A stretch of DNA of 64,000 nt, taken from positions 25,069 through 89,068 of IMG/VR virus record IMGVR_UViG_3300032250_000269. The stretch is one strand, 5' to 3'. Shown piece after piece: positions 1 through 8,949 of the stretch. The DNA comes from a virus. Lineage: Duplodnaviria > Heunggongvirae > Uroviricota > Caudoviricetes. The notes beneath the pieces are model-generated. The model did not search any database. It saw only the letters and a list, made by a program, of their open reading frames with translations, and was not told where the DNA came from. Every line of letters begins with the position of its first letter. Position 1 is the first letter of the stretch. The position numbers and the translations under genes were made by a program.

Positions 1-1
1 G

Positions 2-163
2 GGTTATAACGTATGTTTATGGCCTGAGACAATTGAGCAAAAAGATATCAATGATATGGTTCTTGCTGATATGACACCACAAAAAATTGTTGACATTATC
101 AATGAGAATACATATAATGGTCTATTGGCTAAGGCAAAATTTACAACTTGGAAGAAAATTTAA
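2..163 (+). CDS. 3' end of a gene that begins upstream of the window (partial; product unknown)
   Basis: Open frame runs from the window edge to TAA at 161-163; next gene starts at 166. Confidence 0.4.
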   Translation, partial: GYNVCLWPETIEQKDINDMVLADMTPQKIVDIINENTYNGLLAKAKFTTWKKI

Positions 164-165
164 TA

Positions 166-314
166 TGGTCAAAGAATTTTTCAGAAATTTTCTATGTCGT
201 ATTGGTTGGCATTTATGGACACCGTGGGATACTCCTAGAGTAATGCCAGATGGCCGCTCACAACAATTTCGTGCATGTAAAAAATGTAATAAACAGCAAA
301 GGCATATATTCTGA
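166..314 (+). CDS. small Cys-rich protein (C-x3-C ... CKKC), possible Zn ribbon
   Basis: ATG overlaps upstream TAA (TAATATG); 49 aa; T4-like early small ORF. Confidence 0.4.
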
Positions 315-475
315 TGAGTGATGAATATCCAAAGTATTACAACGATGGTAATGTAAGAGTTGATGCTGATGGTAAGATATCCTTCAAGAATATGCAAGCT
401 GCACAGGAATATTTCTCTGCACCAGAAAAATATTATGAAAACATTATGAAGGATGATAATGATGACACAAGATGA
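314..475 (+). CDS. hypothetical small acidic protein
   Basis: ATGA start-stop overlap with previous ORF; 53 aa. Confidence 0.35.
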   Translation: MSDEYPKYYNDGNVRVDADGKISFKNMQAAQEYFSAPEKYYENIMKDDNDDTR

Positions 476-605
476 ACTTGACATTTGGGCTAGAGATTTA
501 GCCGAACGAATTAATAATACTCCTAACGGAGAGTTGATGGAATTACTTGCTGAAGTCGATCAATTCACCAAACAATTCAATATCATTTATAATGGAGGTG
601 AATAA
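462..605 (+). CDS. hypothetical small protein
   Basis: 47 aa ORF; stop TAA overlaps next ATG (TAATG). Confidence 0.35.
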   Translation: MTQDELDIWARDLAERINNTPNGELMELLAEVDQFTKQFNIIYNGGE

Positions 606-829
606 TGACTAAACCATATCCAGCATTATGTCGTGACTGTAAATGGTCACGTAAAGAAGATAATCGTGATTGGTATCTTCGTTGTGTCAACCCTGTGATT
701 AATGCCAATGACTCATGGGCTTTATCTAGAGGCACTAATGAATATGGATCAGACACGCAACAAGAACGTTCTAAAAAAGGATGGTTTGCCAAGTGTGGTA
801 TGAAGGGTAAGCTATGGGAACGCAAGTAA
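605..829 (+). CDS. hypothetical protein with CxxC-like pair (CRDCKW...RCVNP)
   Basis: 74 aa ORF, RBS GGAGGTGAATAATG. Confidence 0.45.
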   Translation: MTKPYPALCRDCKWSRKEDNRDWYLRCVNPVINANDSWALSRGTNEYGSDTQQERSKKGWFAKCGMKGKLWERK

Positions 830-954
830 CACATGAAGATGCCATGAGATGGCTTCGTCTAATGAAAGAATGCGCCTACAAACAAGAAGAGCGAGATTTG
901 ATTGATTATATTAAAGAAGTTCTTTGGCGCTATGAAGATATGAGGAATAGATAA
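814..954 (+). CDS. hypothetical small protein
   Basis: 46 aa ORF in a tight overlapping array. Confidence 0.3.
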   Translation: MGTQVTHEDAMRWLRLMKECAYKQEERDLIDYIKEVLWRYEDMRNR

Positions 955-1115
955 TGGGTAAGTGGAGTATCAAAGCAAAAGATTTTCGTCAATGGGTTAT
1001 CGATGCTGATGATGAGCATCTACAGGATTTTATTGATGAAATTGAGCGTGACATTATCAGCCTTGAACAGGATGATTTTTTTGGAACTGAAGGTTTGAAC
1101 AAGAGGTTTTCGTAA
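954..1115 (+). CDS. hypothetical small acidic protein
   Basis: 53 aa ORF; TAATG overlap on both ends. Confidence 0.35.
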   Translation: MGKWSIKAKDFRQWVIDADDEHLQDFIDEIERDIISLEQDDFFGTEGLNKRFS

Positions 1116-1197
1116 TGAGTAAAGTTGTATCGATGATCAAAGCGACTGATACTGGTCGTCGCTCTATAAAGCAAATGTTTGAAGAGGATAGTTTTGA

Positions 1198-2061
1198 ATG
1201 AGACAATATCATGATGCTTTGAGACAGATTTATCAAGATGGTATTGATCGTGGTGATCGTACCGGTGTTGGTACTCGTAGTCTATTCGGTCTACAGATGC
1301 GTTTTGACCTACAGGAAGGCTTCCCTGCTGTAACTACAAAGAAGCTTGCATGGAAGGCTGTTGTCAGCGAATTGCTTTGGTTCCTAGAAGGTTCAGATGA
1401 TGAGCGTAGACTTGCTGAAATCCATTATGGTAAGCCACGTGAAGAGCTAATCGGAAAGACTACAATATGGACTGCTAATGCTGATGCACAGGGTAAAGCA
1501 CTAGGTTATAGCAATACAGATGATCTTAAGCTTCTCGGACCTGTATATGGAGCGCAATGGCGTTGCTGGATTGATCCAGATGGAAATACTATTGACCAGA
1601 TTGAAAATTTGATTAATGGTATTAAGAATGATCCTAATGGTCGCCGTCATATTCTATCTGCATGGAATGTAGGTGAAATTGATGTTATGGCTCTACCACC
1701 TTGTCATTGTTTTGCACAGTTTTTTGTACATAATGGTAAGCTAAGCTGTCAAATGTATCAGCGTTCTGCTGATATGTTCCTTGGTGTACCTTTCAATATT
1801 GCCAGTTATGCATTACTTACTCATATGATCGCACAAGTGTGTGATCTGGATGTTGGTGAGTTGATCATGACTTTTGGTGATGCACATATATACAAGAACC
1901 ACTTTGAACAGGTGAAGACCCAACTTGAAAGAGAACCTTACAAGTTGCCAACACTTTGGTTGAATCCAAATATTGACAATATCGATTATTTTGATATGGA
2001 ACATATTGCGTTAAATAATTATGTTAGCCATGATACTATCAAAGCACCAATGGCTGTATGA
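1198..2061 (+). CDS. td: thymidylate synthase (ThyA/T4 Td type)
   Basis: Catalytic-Cys motif LPPCHCFAQF, DRTGVGT, YQRSADMFLGVPFNIASY (Asn of dUMP specificity), C-terminal KAPMAV; 287 aa. Confidence 0.9.
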   Translation: MRQYHDALRQIYQDGIDRGDRTGVGTRSLFGLQMRFDLQEGFPAVTTKKLAWKAVVSELLWFLEGSDDERRLAEIHYGKPREELIGKTTIWTANADAQGKALGYSNTDDLKLLGPVYGAQWRCWIDPDGNTIDQIENLINGIKNDPNGRRHILSAWNVGEIDVMALPPCHCFAQFFVHNGKLSCQMYQRSADMFLGVPFNIASYALLTHMIAQVCDLDVGELIMTFGDAHIYKNHFEQVKTQLEREPYKLPTLWLNPNIDNIDYFDMEHIALNNYVSHDTIKAPMAV

Positions 2062-2522
2062 TTGTTCTCGTGGTTGCCAGAGATATCTTTGGTCTTATTG
2101 GTAAAGATAACAAGCTTCCATGGCATTGTAAGGAAGACCTTCAGCGTTTTAAAAAAATCACAATGGGGAAAAGGATTGTGATGGGGAGGAAAACGTTTGA
2201 AAGTCTTCCTAAAATGCTACCGGGCAGACAACATATTGTTTTAACAAAAAATAAGGATTTTAAACATGAGGGTGTTGAAGTTTTTCATAGCATTGATGAT
2301 TTACTTACTGCCTATAAGGGCAAAGAAGATTTGTACGTCATCGGTGGAGCCGAAATATACAATCAATTCATAGATAAGTTTGATGTTATCGAAATGACTG
2401 TTATCATTGGAAATTATGAAGGCGATACATATTTTCCTGATATTCCAGTTCCAACTTATATGGAAATTGTGGAAGAAAGCAGTCAATATATGTTTTTGAG
2501 AATTCATAGGATTGATATATAA
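2058..2522 (+). CDS. frd: dihydrofolate reductase
   Basis: N-terminal MIVLVVA..GLIG..LPW and GKRIVMGRKTFESLP motifs; ATGA overlap with td. Confidence 0.9.
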   Translation: MIVLVVARDIFGLIGKDNKLPWHCKEDLQRFKKITMGKRIVMGRKTFESLPKMLPGRQHIVLTKNKDFKHEGVEVFHSIDDLLTAYKGKEDLYVIGGAEIYNQFIDKFDVIEMTVIIGNYEGDTYFPDIPVPTYMEIVEESSQYMFLRIHRIDI

Positions 2523-2891
2523 ATGGCTAAAGAACTATTATTCTCTATCACTGCCAATGACTGTGATTGGTCTTACACTCGTGGTACTGGTAAAGGCGGT
2601 CAGAAGAAAAACAAGACTTCATCTGCCGTACACTGTATGCATCGCCCTTCAGGCGCACATGGCTATAGTGAAGCTTCTCGCTCTCAGTTGGATAACAAGA
2701 GAGAAGCTTTTCGCAAGATGGCCGAAACAAAAGAATTCCAGAAATGGCATAAGATCGAAGCGGCAAGGCGCATGGGTACACTTGCCACTATCGAAGACAA
2801 TGTTAATCGTGAGATGAATAACATCACGGTTGAAATCAAAGACGAAAAAGGTCGCTGGACTAAAGTGGACAGGGACTATCCTTTAGAATAA
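2523..2891 (+). CDS. RF-1-domain GGQ protein, ArfB-like peptidyl-tRNA hydrolase
   Basis: GTGKGGQKKNKTSSAVH matches ArfB/YaeJ GAGGQHVNKTSTAIH; 122 aa. Confidence 0.7.
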   Translation: MAKELLFSITANDCDWSYTRGTGKGGQKKNKTSSAVHCMHRPSGAHGYSEASRSQLDNKREAFRKMAETKEFQKWHKIEAARRMGTLATIEDNVNREMNNITVEIKDEKGRWTKVDRDYPLE

Positions 2892-2919
2892 TCAAACAAA
2901 GAATAAGAGGCAATAATAA

Positions 2920-4728
2920 ATGACAACAGAAACCTATCTAGGTATTACTATCGATAAGAGTAGAGATGAACTTTTTGATGAGCTTGGAATAAAGCGTCTC
3001 AAAGAATCTTATATGAAAGATGATGAGACTTCACCGCAAGAACGTTTTGCCTTTGTATCAAAGGCATTCTCATCAAATCCAGAACACGCACAACGCCTCT
3101 ATGATTATGCCAGTAAACATTGGTTGTCATATGCTACCCCAATTCTATCATTTGGTCGTACAACTAATGGTATGCCAATTAGTTGCTTTCTTAACTATAT
3201 CGAAGATACTGCTGAAGGTCTAGTTAAGAATTATGAAGAAACCAGCCGCTTGTCTATGATGGGCGGTGGTGTTGGTATTGGATTTGGTATTCGTTCCGCT
3301 GGTAGCAAGTCAACTGGTGTTATGCCTCACCTTAAGACATATGATTCGGGTTCCATGGCATATCGTCAGGGCCGCACTCGTCGTGGTTCATATGCAACAT
3401 ATCTTAACATTAGTCACCCTGATATTCAGATGTATCTTGAGATGCGTAAGCCTACAGGTGATCCCAATATTCGTTGTTTAAATCTTCACCATGCTGTAAA
3501 TATTACAGATGACTTCATGGAAATCATCGAACGTTGTATGATTGATCCAGAGGCAAATGATGATTGGCATCTTCGTGATCCTCATACTGGTGAAATTCGT
3601 GATACTGTTTCTGCAAAGCATTTGTGGCAGTCATTACTTGAAATACGTATGCAAACAGGCGAACCCTATATTCATTATATTGATACTTCAAATCGTCTTA
3701 TGAAGGATTTTCAAAAGAAAAAGGGTCTACGTATCAATCAGAGCAATCTTTGCAGTGAAATTATTCTTCCAACAGATAAAGATCGCACTGCTGTTTGTTG
3801 CTTGTCTTCATTGAATTTAGAGTATTCTGATGAGTGGAGTAAGCCTGATATCATCGATCAATTTATTCGTGACGTAGCTGAAATGCTTGACAATGTTCTT
3901 CAATATTTTATTGATAATGCTGATCGTAAGGTTGCTCGTGCTATCTATTCTGCTAGTCAAGAACGTTCTATTGGTATTGGTGCTCTAGGTTTCCATGCTT
4001 ATCTACAGAAGAAGAATGTTGCATTTGAAAGTGCTGTTGCTAAAGCAATCAACATCAAAATTTTCAAATCAATAAATACTGCTCTAGAAAAGGCCAATCT
4101 TGAATTAGGCGCAGAACGTGGTGAAGCACCTGATGCTGTTGGTACTGGTCGTCGTTTCTCAAATTCAATGGCGATTGCTCCTAATGCATCCTCATCATTG
4201 ATTATGGGCAACACTTCTGCTTCTATTGAACCAATGCCAGCAAATGCATATCGTCAAGATACTTTGTCTGGTGCTTATTTGAATAAAAATAAGTATCTCG
4301 ACAAGATTATTCTTAAGGAAGCAGAAAACCAAAAGAATAATTGGTATGATGACGTTTGGTCAAGCATCATTGCAAATGATGGTTCTGTTCAACATTTGAA
4401 TTGGCTTGACGATCATACAAAATCAGTATATAAAACTGCAATGGAAATTGATCAACGTTGGATCATTGAACTTGCTGCTGATAGACAGCAATTTATTGAC
4501 CAAGCACAATCTCTTAATGTATTTTTTAGACCAACTTCTAACATTAAGTACCTACATGCGGTACACTTCCTTGCTTGGAAGCGTGGTCTTAAGACACTTT
4601 ATTACTGCCGCTCAGAAAAGATTGGCAAGGCAGATAAGGTCTCAAAGAAAATTGAACGTGAAGTCATTAAAGAAATCGATATGCAAAGCCTAGTAGACGG
4701 CGAAACATGTATTATGTGTGAAGGTTAA
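2920..4728 (+). CDS. nrdA: ribonucleotide reductase class Ia large subunit
   Basis: 602 aa; NLCSEI active-site motif, C-terminal Cys pair (CIMCEG); sits in a td-frd-nrd block. Confidence 0.9.
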   Translation: MTTETYLGITIDKSRDELFDELGIKRLKESYMKDDETSPQERFAFVSKAFSSNPEHAQRLYDYASKHWLSYATPILSFGRTTNGMPISCFLNYIEDTAEGLVKNYEETSRLSMMGGGVGIGFGIRSAGSKSTGVMPHLKTYDSGSMAYRQGRTRRGSYATYLNISHPDIQMYLEMRKPTGDPNIRCLNLHHAVNITDDFMEIIERCMIDPEANDDWHLRDPHTGEIRDTVSAKHLWQSLLEIRMQTGEPYIHYIDTSNRLMKDFQKKKGLRINQSNLCSEIILPTDKDRTAVCCLSSLNLEYSDEWSKPDIIDQFIRDVAEMLDNVLQYFIDNADRKVARAIYSASQERSIGIGALGFHAYLQKKNVAFESAVAKAINIKIFKSINTALEKANLELGAERGEAPDAVGTGRRFSNSMAIAPNASSSLIMGNTSASIEPMPANAYRQDTLSGAYLNKNKYLDKIILKEAENQKNNWYDDVWSSIIANDGSVQHLNWLDDHTKSVYKTAMEIDQRWIIELAADRQQFIDQAQSLNVFFRPTSNIKYLHAVHFLAWKRGLKTLYYCRSEKIGKADKVSKKIEREVIKEIDMQSLVDGETCIMCEG

Positions 4729-4731
4729 AAA

Positions 4732-4965
4732 ATGAAAGCAATTATTTACTCAAAGCCTGATTGTTCGTTTTGCGTTAAGGCAAAGGATTTTATGTTTGGC
4801 GCAGGAATCGAATATTCTGAGTACACTGTAGGCAAAGATATTATGTGGGAAACAGTACAAGCACGTGCAAAGACTGATGTTACAACTGTTCCGCAAATTT
4901 GGATCGATGGTCAGTATGTCGGGGGATATACTGAACTGGTTAAATGGTATACGGAGAACCTATAA
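4732..4965 (+). CDS. glutaredoxin-like redoxin (RNR electron donor)
   Basis: 77 aa, CSFC active site near N-terminus (KPDCSFCVKAK), lies between nrdA and nrdB. Confidence 0.75.
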   Translation: MKAIIYSKPDCSFCVKAKDFMFGAGIEYSEYTVGKDIMWETVQARAKTDVTTVPQIWIDGQYVGGYTELVKWYTENL

Positions 4966-5954
4966 TGGTAAAGAAAAACAAAGAACTTTCTATAACAGAT
5001 ACAAGGTCTTACTTCAAACCTTTTAATTATGCTTGGGCTTATGATGCTTGGTTAAAACACGAACAAAGTCACTGGTTGCACCTAGAGGTGCCGATGCTTG
5101 AAGACCTTCAGGATTGGAAGAAGTTTCTCACCGATGAAGAAAAGTATTTTCTTACAAATATTTTTCGCTTTTTTACACAAGGCGACATTGACGTTGCAGA
5201 CGGTTATGTAACAAACTATCTTCCTTATTTTCGTCAACCAGAAGTGCGTATGATGCTATTAGGATTTGCAGCACGTGAAGCACTTCATATTGCTGCTTAT
5301 TCACACCTGATCGAAACACTTGGTATGCCTGAAGCAACATATTCAGAGTTTCTTGAATATGAAGCAATGAAAGATAAGCACGATTATATTACAGAGTTGG
5401 CTTCTGCTAACGGAGATAAGCAAACAATTGCTGCTAATATTGCTGCATTCTCAGCCTTCACTGAAGGTATGCAGTTATTCTCTTCATTCATCATGCTATT
5501 GAACTTTCCTCGTCACGGTCGTATGAAGGGTATGGGTCAGATTGTCACATGGTCAATCGTTGATGAAACAATTCATGCCGAATCAATGATCAAGGTTTTC
5601 CGTACATACGTACAAGAGAACAACGAGATTTGGAATGATGATCTTAAGGCACGTATATATACTATTGCTGAAAAAATGGTAGAACTTGAAGATAAGTTCA
5701 TCGACCTTTCATTCAGTATGGGTCCAATGAAGGACTTAACTTCTGATGAAGTAAAGAAGTATATTCGTTATATTGCTGATCGTCGTTTGATTTCTCTTGG
5801 TCTAAAGGGAATCTTCAAGGTGAAGAGAAATCCTCTTCCATGGGTTGAAGGTATGATCAATGCTCCTACTCATACAAACTTCTTTGAGAACCGCTCTACA
5901 GATTATGCCAAGGGTGCTCTCACTGGTAGTTGGGAAGATGTGTGGGCTTCATAA
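4965..5954 (+). CDS. nrdB: ribonucleotide reductase class Ia small subunit
   Basis: Di-iron ligand motifs FTEGMQLFSSF, EAIHAESM-like (ETIHAESM); start chosen at TAATG overlap (track ORF starts 4944). Confidence 0.88.
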   Translation: MVKKNKELSITDTRSYFKPFNYAWAYDAWLKHEQSHWLHLEVPMLEDLQDWKKFLTDEEKYFLTNIFRFFTQGDIDVADGYVTNYLPYFRQPEVRMMLLGFAAREALHIAAYSHLIETLGMPEATYSEFLEYEAMKDKHDYITELASANGDKQTIAANIAAFSAFTEGMQLFSSFIMLLNFPRHGRMKGMGQIVTWSIVDETIHAESMIKVFRTYVQENNEIWNDDLKARIYTIAEKMVELEDKFIDLSFSMGPMKDLTSDEVKKYIRYIADRRLISLGLKGIFKVKRNPLPWVEGMINAPTHTNFFENRSTDYAKGALTGSWEDVWAS

Positions 5955-5966
5955 AAGGAATAAATA

Positions 5967-6146
5967 ATGTATATTACGTTAGATAATGATAGATGGGAAG
6001 ACTTAGGTAAAAGATATTTTGTTATAGAGTGGAAACGTAGAACAAATTCGACTGCTGTTGATCTTGTTCTTGAAGACGAGTGTGGAAATATTATTCGTCG
6101 TACAGAACCTCTGTCTTATATTATTGAGGAACGCTCAAATGATTGA
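5967..6146 (+). CDS. hypothetical small protein
   Basis: 59 aa, RBS AAAAGGAA. Confidence 0.35.
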   Translation: MYITLDNDRWEDLGKRYFVIEWKRRTNSTAVDLVLEDECGNIIRRTEPLSYIIEERSND

Positions 6147-6315
6147 GCCTTATGCTACTGTAGATGATGCTGTTGATGACATGGCAAATCAATACTGGAA
6201 AAATATTACTGTTTCCATGATTAATAGAGATATTGATTTGCTGTATGATTCTGCAATTTCGCTAAAAGCACTGGAAGAAGCCAGAATATCCGTTAAAAAT
6301 AAACTAAAAAAATAA
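6139..6315 (+). CDS. hypothetical small protein
   Basis: 58 aa, ATGA overlap. Confidence 0.35.
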   Translation: MIEPYATVDDAVDDMANQYWKNITVSMINRDIDLLYDSAISLKALEEARISVKNKLKK

Positions 6316-6326
6316 AGGAAACTAAA

Positions 6327-6473
6327 ATGAAGTGGTACGATTGTGGAAGCTGCTTATCAGAATTTCGTGTTGTGTCTGAAAGTGATGAACCAATTGAATA
6401 TTGCCCATTTTGTGGTTCTGTGATAGAAGATAAAGAAGACGAAGACGAAGAAGGCTATGATTACAATGAATAA
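6327..6473 (+). CDS. small Zn-ribbon protein (CGSC...CPFCG)
   Basis: 48 aa, two CxxC pairs, acidic tail. Confidence 0.4.
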   Translation: MKWYDCGSCLSEFRVVSESDEPIEYCPFCGSVIEDKEDEDEEGYDYNE

Positions 6474-6487
6474 ATAATACTCCTAAT

Positions 6488-6922
6488 GTGGAGTATTATA
6501 TGTGGTTATACAGAAATGAAGAAATAAATGAACTGCCAGAGGGGTGTGAAGCATTTGTTTACTTGATCACCAACAAAACAAATGGTATGATGTATGTTGG
6601 TAAGAAATTAGCAAAGTTTAAGGTCACAAAAGCACCACTTAAAGGCAAAACAAAGAAAAGACGTTCTACAAAAGAAAGTGATTGGCGAGAATATTGGGGT
6701 TCTAGTGATAGACTGAAATCCGATGTAGAAAAACTTGGAGAAGAAAATTTTACAAGAGAAATCTTGCATTTCTGTCCAAGTCGTGGTATTGCTAGTTATT
6801 TAGAAGCAAGAGAACAATTTGAGCGTAAAGTATTAGAAACCGATGATTACTATAATGGTATTATAAACGTAAGAATTGGTGGATCAAATATTTTAAAAGA
6901 GTACTTAAAAACTATAAGATAA
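6488..6922 (+). CDS. GIY-YIG homing endonuclease-like protein
   Basis: VYLITNKTNGMMYVGKK GIY-YIG motif; free-standing between metabolic genes. Confidence 0.7.
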   Translation: MEYYMWLYRNEEINELPEGCEAFVYLITNKTNGMMYVGKKLAKFKVTKAPLKGKTKKRRSTKESDWREYWGSSDRLKSDVEKLGEENFTREILHFCPSRGIASYLEAREQFERKVLETDDYYNGIINVRIGGSNILKEYLKTIR

Positions 6923-6936
6923 AGGGATTATATGAG

Positions 6937-7323
6937 TTGTCACAGATACTGGAACACAAGCATCTAATTGTACGAGCAGAACTATCCAATCCTCCAAAGT
7001 GCGCTGAAGCTATTCAGGATTGGATGAAAACTCTTGTAGATAAGATTAACATGAAAATTCTCATGGGACCGTATGCCGTATATTCGGATATGGTTGGTAA
7101 TAGAGGACTAACAGCCGTAACAATCATTGAGACGAGTCATTTGGCAATCCACGTCTGGGATGAAGTAGACCCTGCACTTATGCAGCTTGATGTATATACG
7201 TGCTCTACTTTAAACATTGAAGATGTATTTAGTGCGATTGAAGAATTTCAGCCAGTGAAAGTAGAATATAAGTATATCGATAGAGAGAATAGTATATTTG
7301 TTCTTGACAAGAAGATAAATTGA
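6937..7323 (+). CDS. pyruvoyl-dependent decarboxylase of the AdoMetDC (SpeH/SpeD class 1) family
   Basis: HLIVRAEL and GLTAVTIIETSHLAIHVWDE / LDVYTC align to SpeH ESHLTIHTWPE / IDLFTC; apparent TTG start after AAAGGGA. Confidence 0.7.
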   Translation: MSQILEHKHLIVRAELSNPPKCAEAIQDWMKTLVDKINMKILMGPYAVYSDMVGNRGLTAVTIIETSHLAIHVWDEVDPALMQLDVYTCSTLNIEDVFSAIEEFQPVKVEYKYIDRENSIFVLDKKIN

Positions 7324-7328
7324 GTGTA

Positions 7329-7373
7329 TATACCCTGTAAGGTATAAAATAAAAATATACCTTACAGGGTATA
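7329..7373. repeat. perfect 18-bp inverted repeat with 9-nt spacer (operator or hairpin)
   Basis: TATACCCTGTAAGGTATA aaataaaaa TATACCTTACAGGGTATA between the AdoMetDC-like gene and the basic-protein gene. Confidence 0.8.
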
Positions 7374-7409
7374 ACAGTAGTAATGTTAATATGAAAGGTG
7401 ATGTTAATT

Positions 7410-7679
7410 ATGGGTAAGAAGAGAATTCGTAGTAAGAAGGTATCAGGCGGTGAACGCCGTTCTATCGGTCGCTGGGTAATCAACGCTGTTCGTCGTGACA
7501 AGTCAGAATTTGATAAGGCACTAGATAAGCTTGCTGCTTGGAAGGCCGGTAAGAATCCTTGGATTACTATTGCTGGCCCATCGTCTAATCAGCGTTTCAT
7601 TAGAGTACGTGCAAATATTCTCTATGGAAACCCAAAGACTGCTATGGCAAATATCTACGGTAATAAGACTGAAGAATGA
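7410..7679 (+). CDS. small highly basic protein (possible nucleic-acid binding)
   Basis: Lys/Arg-rich 89 aa; downstream of an 18-bp perfect inverted repeat. Confidence 0.5.
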   Translation: MGKKRIRSKKVSGGERRSIGRWVINAVRRDKSEFDKALDKLAAWKAGKNPWITIAGPSSNQRFIRVRANILYGNPKTAMANIYGNKTEE

Positions 7680-7990
7680 TATACATTGTTGATATCGACC
7701 AAACCATTTGTACTACCGAAAAGAAAAATGGTAAATGGGATTATGAAAACTCAACTCCCATATATAATAGAATAGATCATATAAATCAACTATATGATCT
7801 AGGTCACACGATTATCTATTGGACTTCAAGAGGAAACTCTACCGGTATTGATTGGTCAGAGCTTACAAAGAACCAATTAGATGGTTGGGGATGTAAATAT
7901 CATGAAGTTAAACTCGGAAAACCTGAATACGATGTATGGGTTGACGATAAAGCTTATAATGATGAACAATTTTTTGATGAGTATCTATGA
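7676..7990 (+). CDS. HAD-superfamily phosphatase-like protein (DxDxT motif IVDIDQT)
   Basis: N-terminal DIDQT motif; 104 aa; first gene of the sugar cassette. Confidence 0.45.
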   Translation: MIYIVDIDQTICTTEKKNGKWDYENSTPIYNRIDHINQLYDLGHTIIYWTSRGNSTGIDWSELTKNQLDGWGCKYHEVKLGKPEYDVWVDDKAYNDEQFFDEYL

Positions 7991-8946
7991 AAAAAGCGAT
8001 TATTACTGGTGCGGCTGGATTTATTGGCCGTGTTCTTCAGCTAAAACTGAAAGAAGCTGGTTATTATGTTTATGCTATTGATAAAAGACATGATGACGTA
8101 TCGTCTGATGAATATTATCAAATAAACTATTCTTTAATCGCAAACTATGAATACATTAACATTCATGATATCGATGTTATTTTTCATCTTGGCGCAAACA
8201 GCCTACTTGGTCCTTCAGTGACCGATCCCTTGACATATTATCAAAATAATGTTGGTAATATGTCAGAAATGCTAAACAATCTAGTAAAACAAAAGTGGAA
8301 GGGCGTTTTTATATTCGCCTCTTCTGCTGCAACTTATGGTGATCTTAATACTTCATCTCTTCTTGATGAGAATATGGCAGGAAATGCTATAAATCCATAT
8401 GGATCAACTAAAGTTGTTGGTGAGATGATGCTTAAAGAAACGTGTGAAGCATACGGTTTCAAGGCATACTCCATGCGATTTTTTAATGTCGCTGGTTCCT
8501 ATAAAAATGTTGGTCAAGATTTAAATCAACCACACATTTTAACCAAAATGTCCTTATCCTCTCTACAAAACGATACATTTTATATCAACGGAAACACGTA
8601 CAATACATATGATGGTACGTGTGTTCGTGACTATATTCATGTGTCTGATGTTTGTGATGCATTGATGGCCGCAGAAACGTCACTATACACTATGCCAGAA
8701 GGTCACTATGATGCCTTTAATGTTTGTACTGGTAATGCAGTATCAAACAAACAGTTGGCTGAGAAGTTTATTGAAAATTATCCTTTACAATATGACTTCA
8801 AAGAAATTCGACTTGGCGATCCGGGATATTTGATTGGAAATCCAAGTAAGTTATCTTCTATATGGAAGACCGGCCCACAATATCAAATTGATGATATTAT
8901 CAAAACACATTATAACTATGCATTATATGCAAATGAAAGGAAGTAA
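7987..8946 (+). CDS. NAD-dependent sugar epimerase/dehydratase (SDR; HldD-like heptose epimerase candidate)
   Basis: N-terminal AIITGAAGFIGRVL Rossmann motif; 319 aa. Confidence 0.72.
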   Translation: MKKAIITGAAGFIGRVLQLKLKEAGYYVYAIDKRHDDVSSDEYYQINYSLIANYEYINIHDIDVIFHLGANSLLGPSVTDPLTYYQNNVGNMSEMLNNLVKQKWKGVFIFASSAATYGDLNTSSLLDENMAGNAINPYGSTKVVGEMMLKETCEAYGFKAYSMRFFNVAGSYKNVGQDLNQPHILTKMSLSSLQNDTFYINGNTYNTYDGTCVRDYIHVSDVCDALMAAETSLYTMPEGHYDAFNVCTGNAVSNKQLAEKFIENYPLQYDFKEIRLGDPGYLIGNPSKLSSIWKTGPQYQIDDIIKTHYNYALYANERK

Positions 8947-8949
8947 ATT

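Noticed and set aside
1198-2061. td as a dUMP or dCMP hydroxymethylase (which would imply hypermodified bases as glycosyl acceptors)
   Set aside because: The active-site Cys context (PCH), the Asn in PFNIASY and the overall ThyA-like motif order favour a true thymidylate synthase, though a 5-hmdU synthase cannot be fully excluded from sequence alone. td and nrdB are also intact, with no intron.
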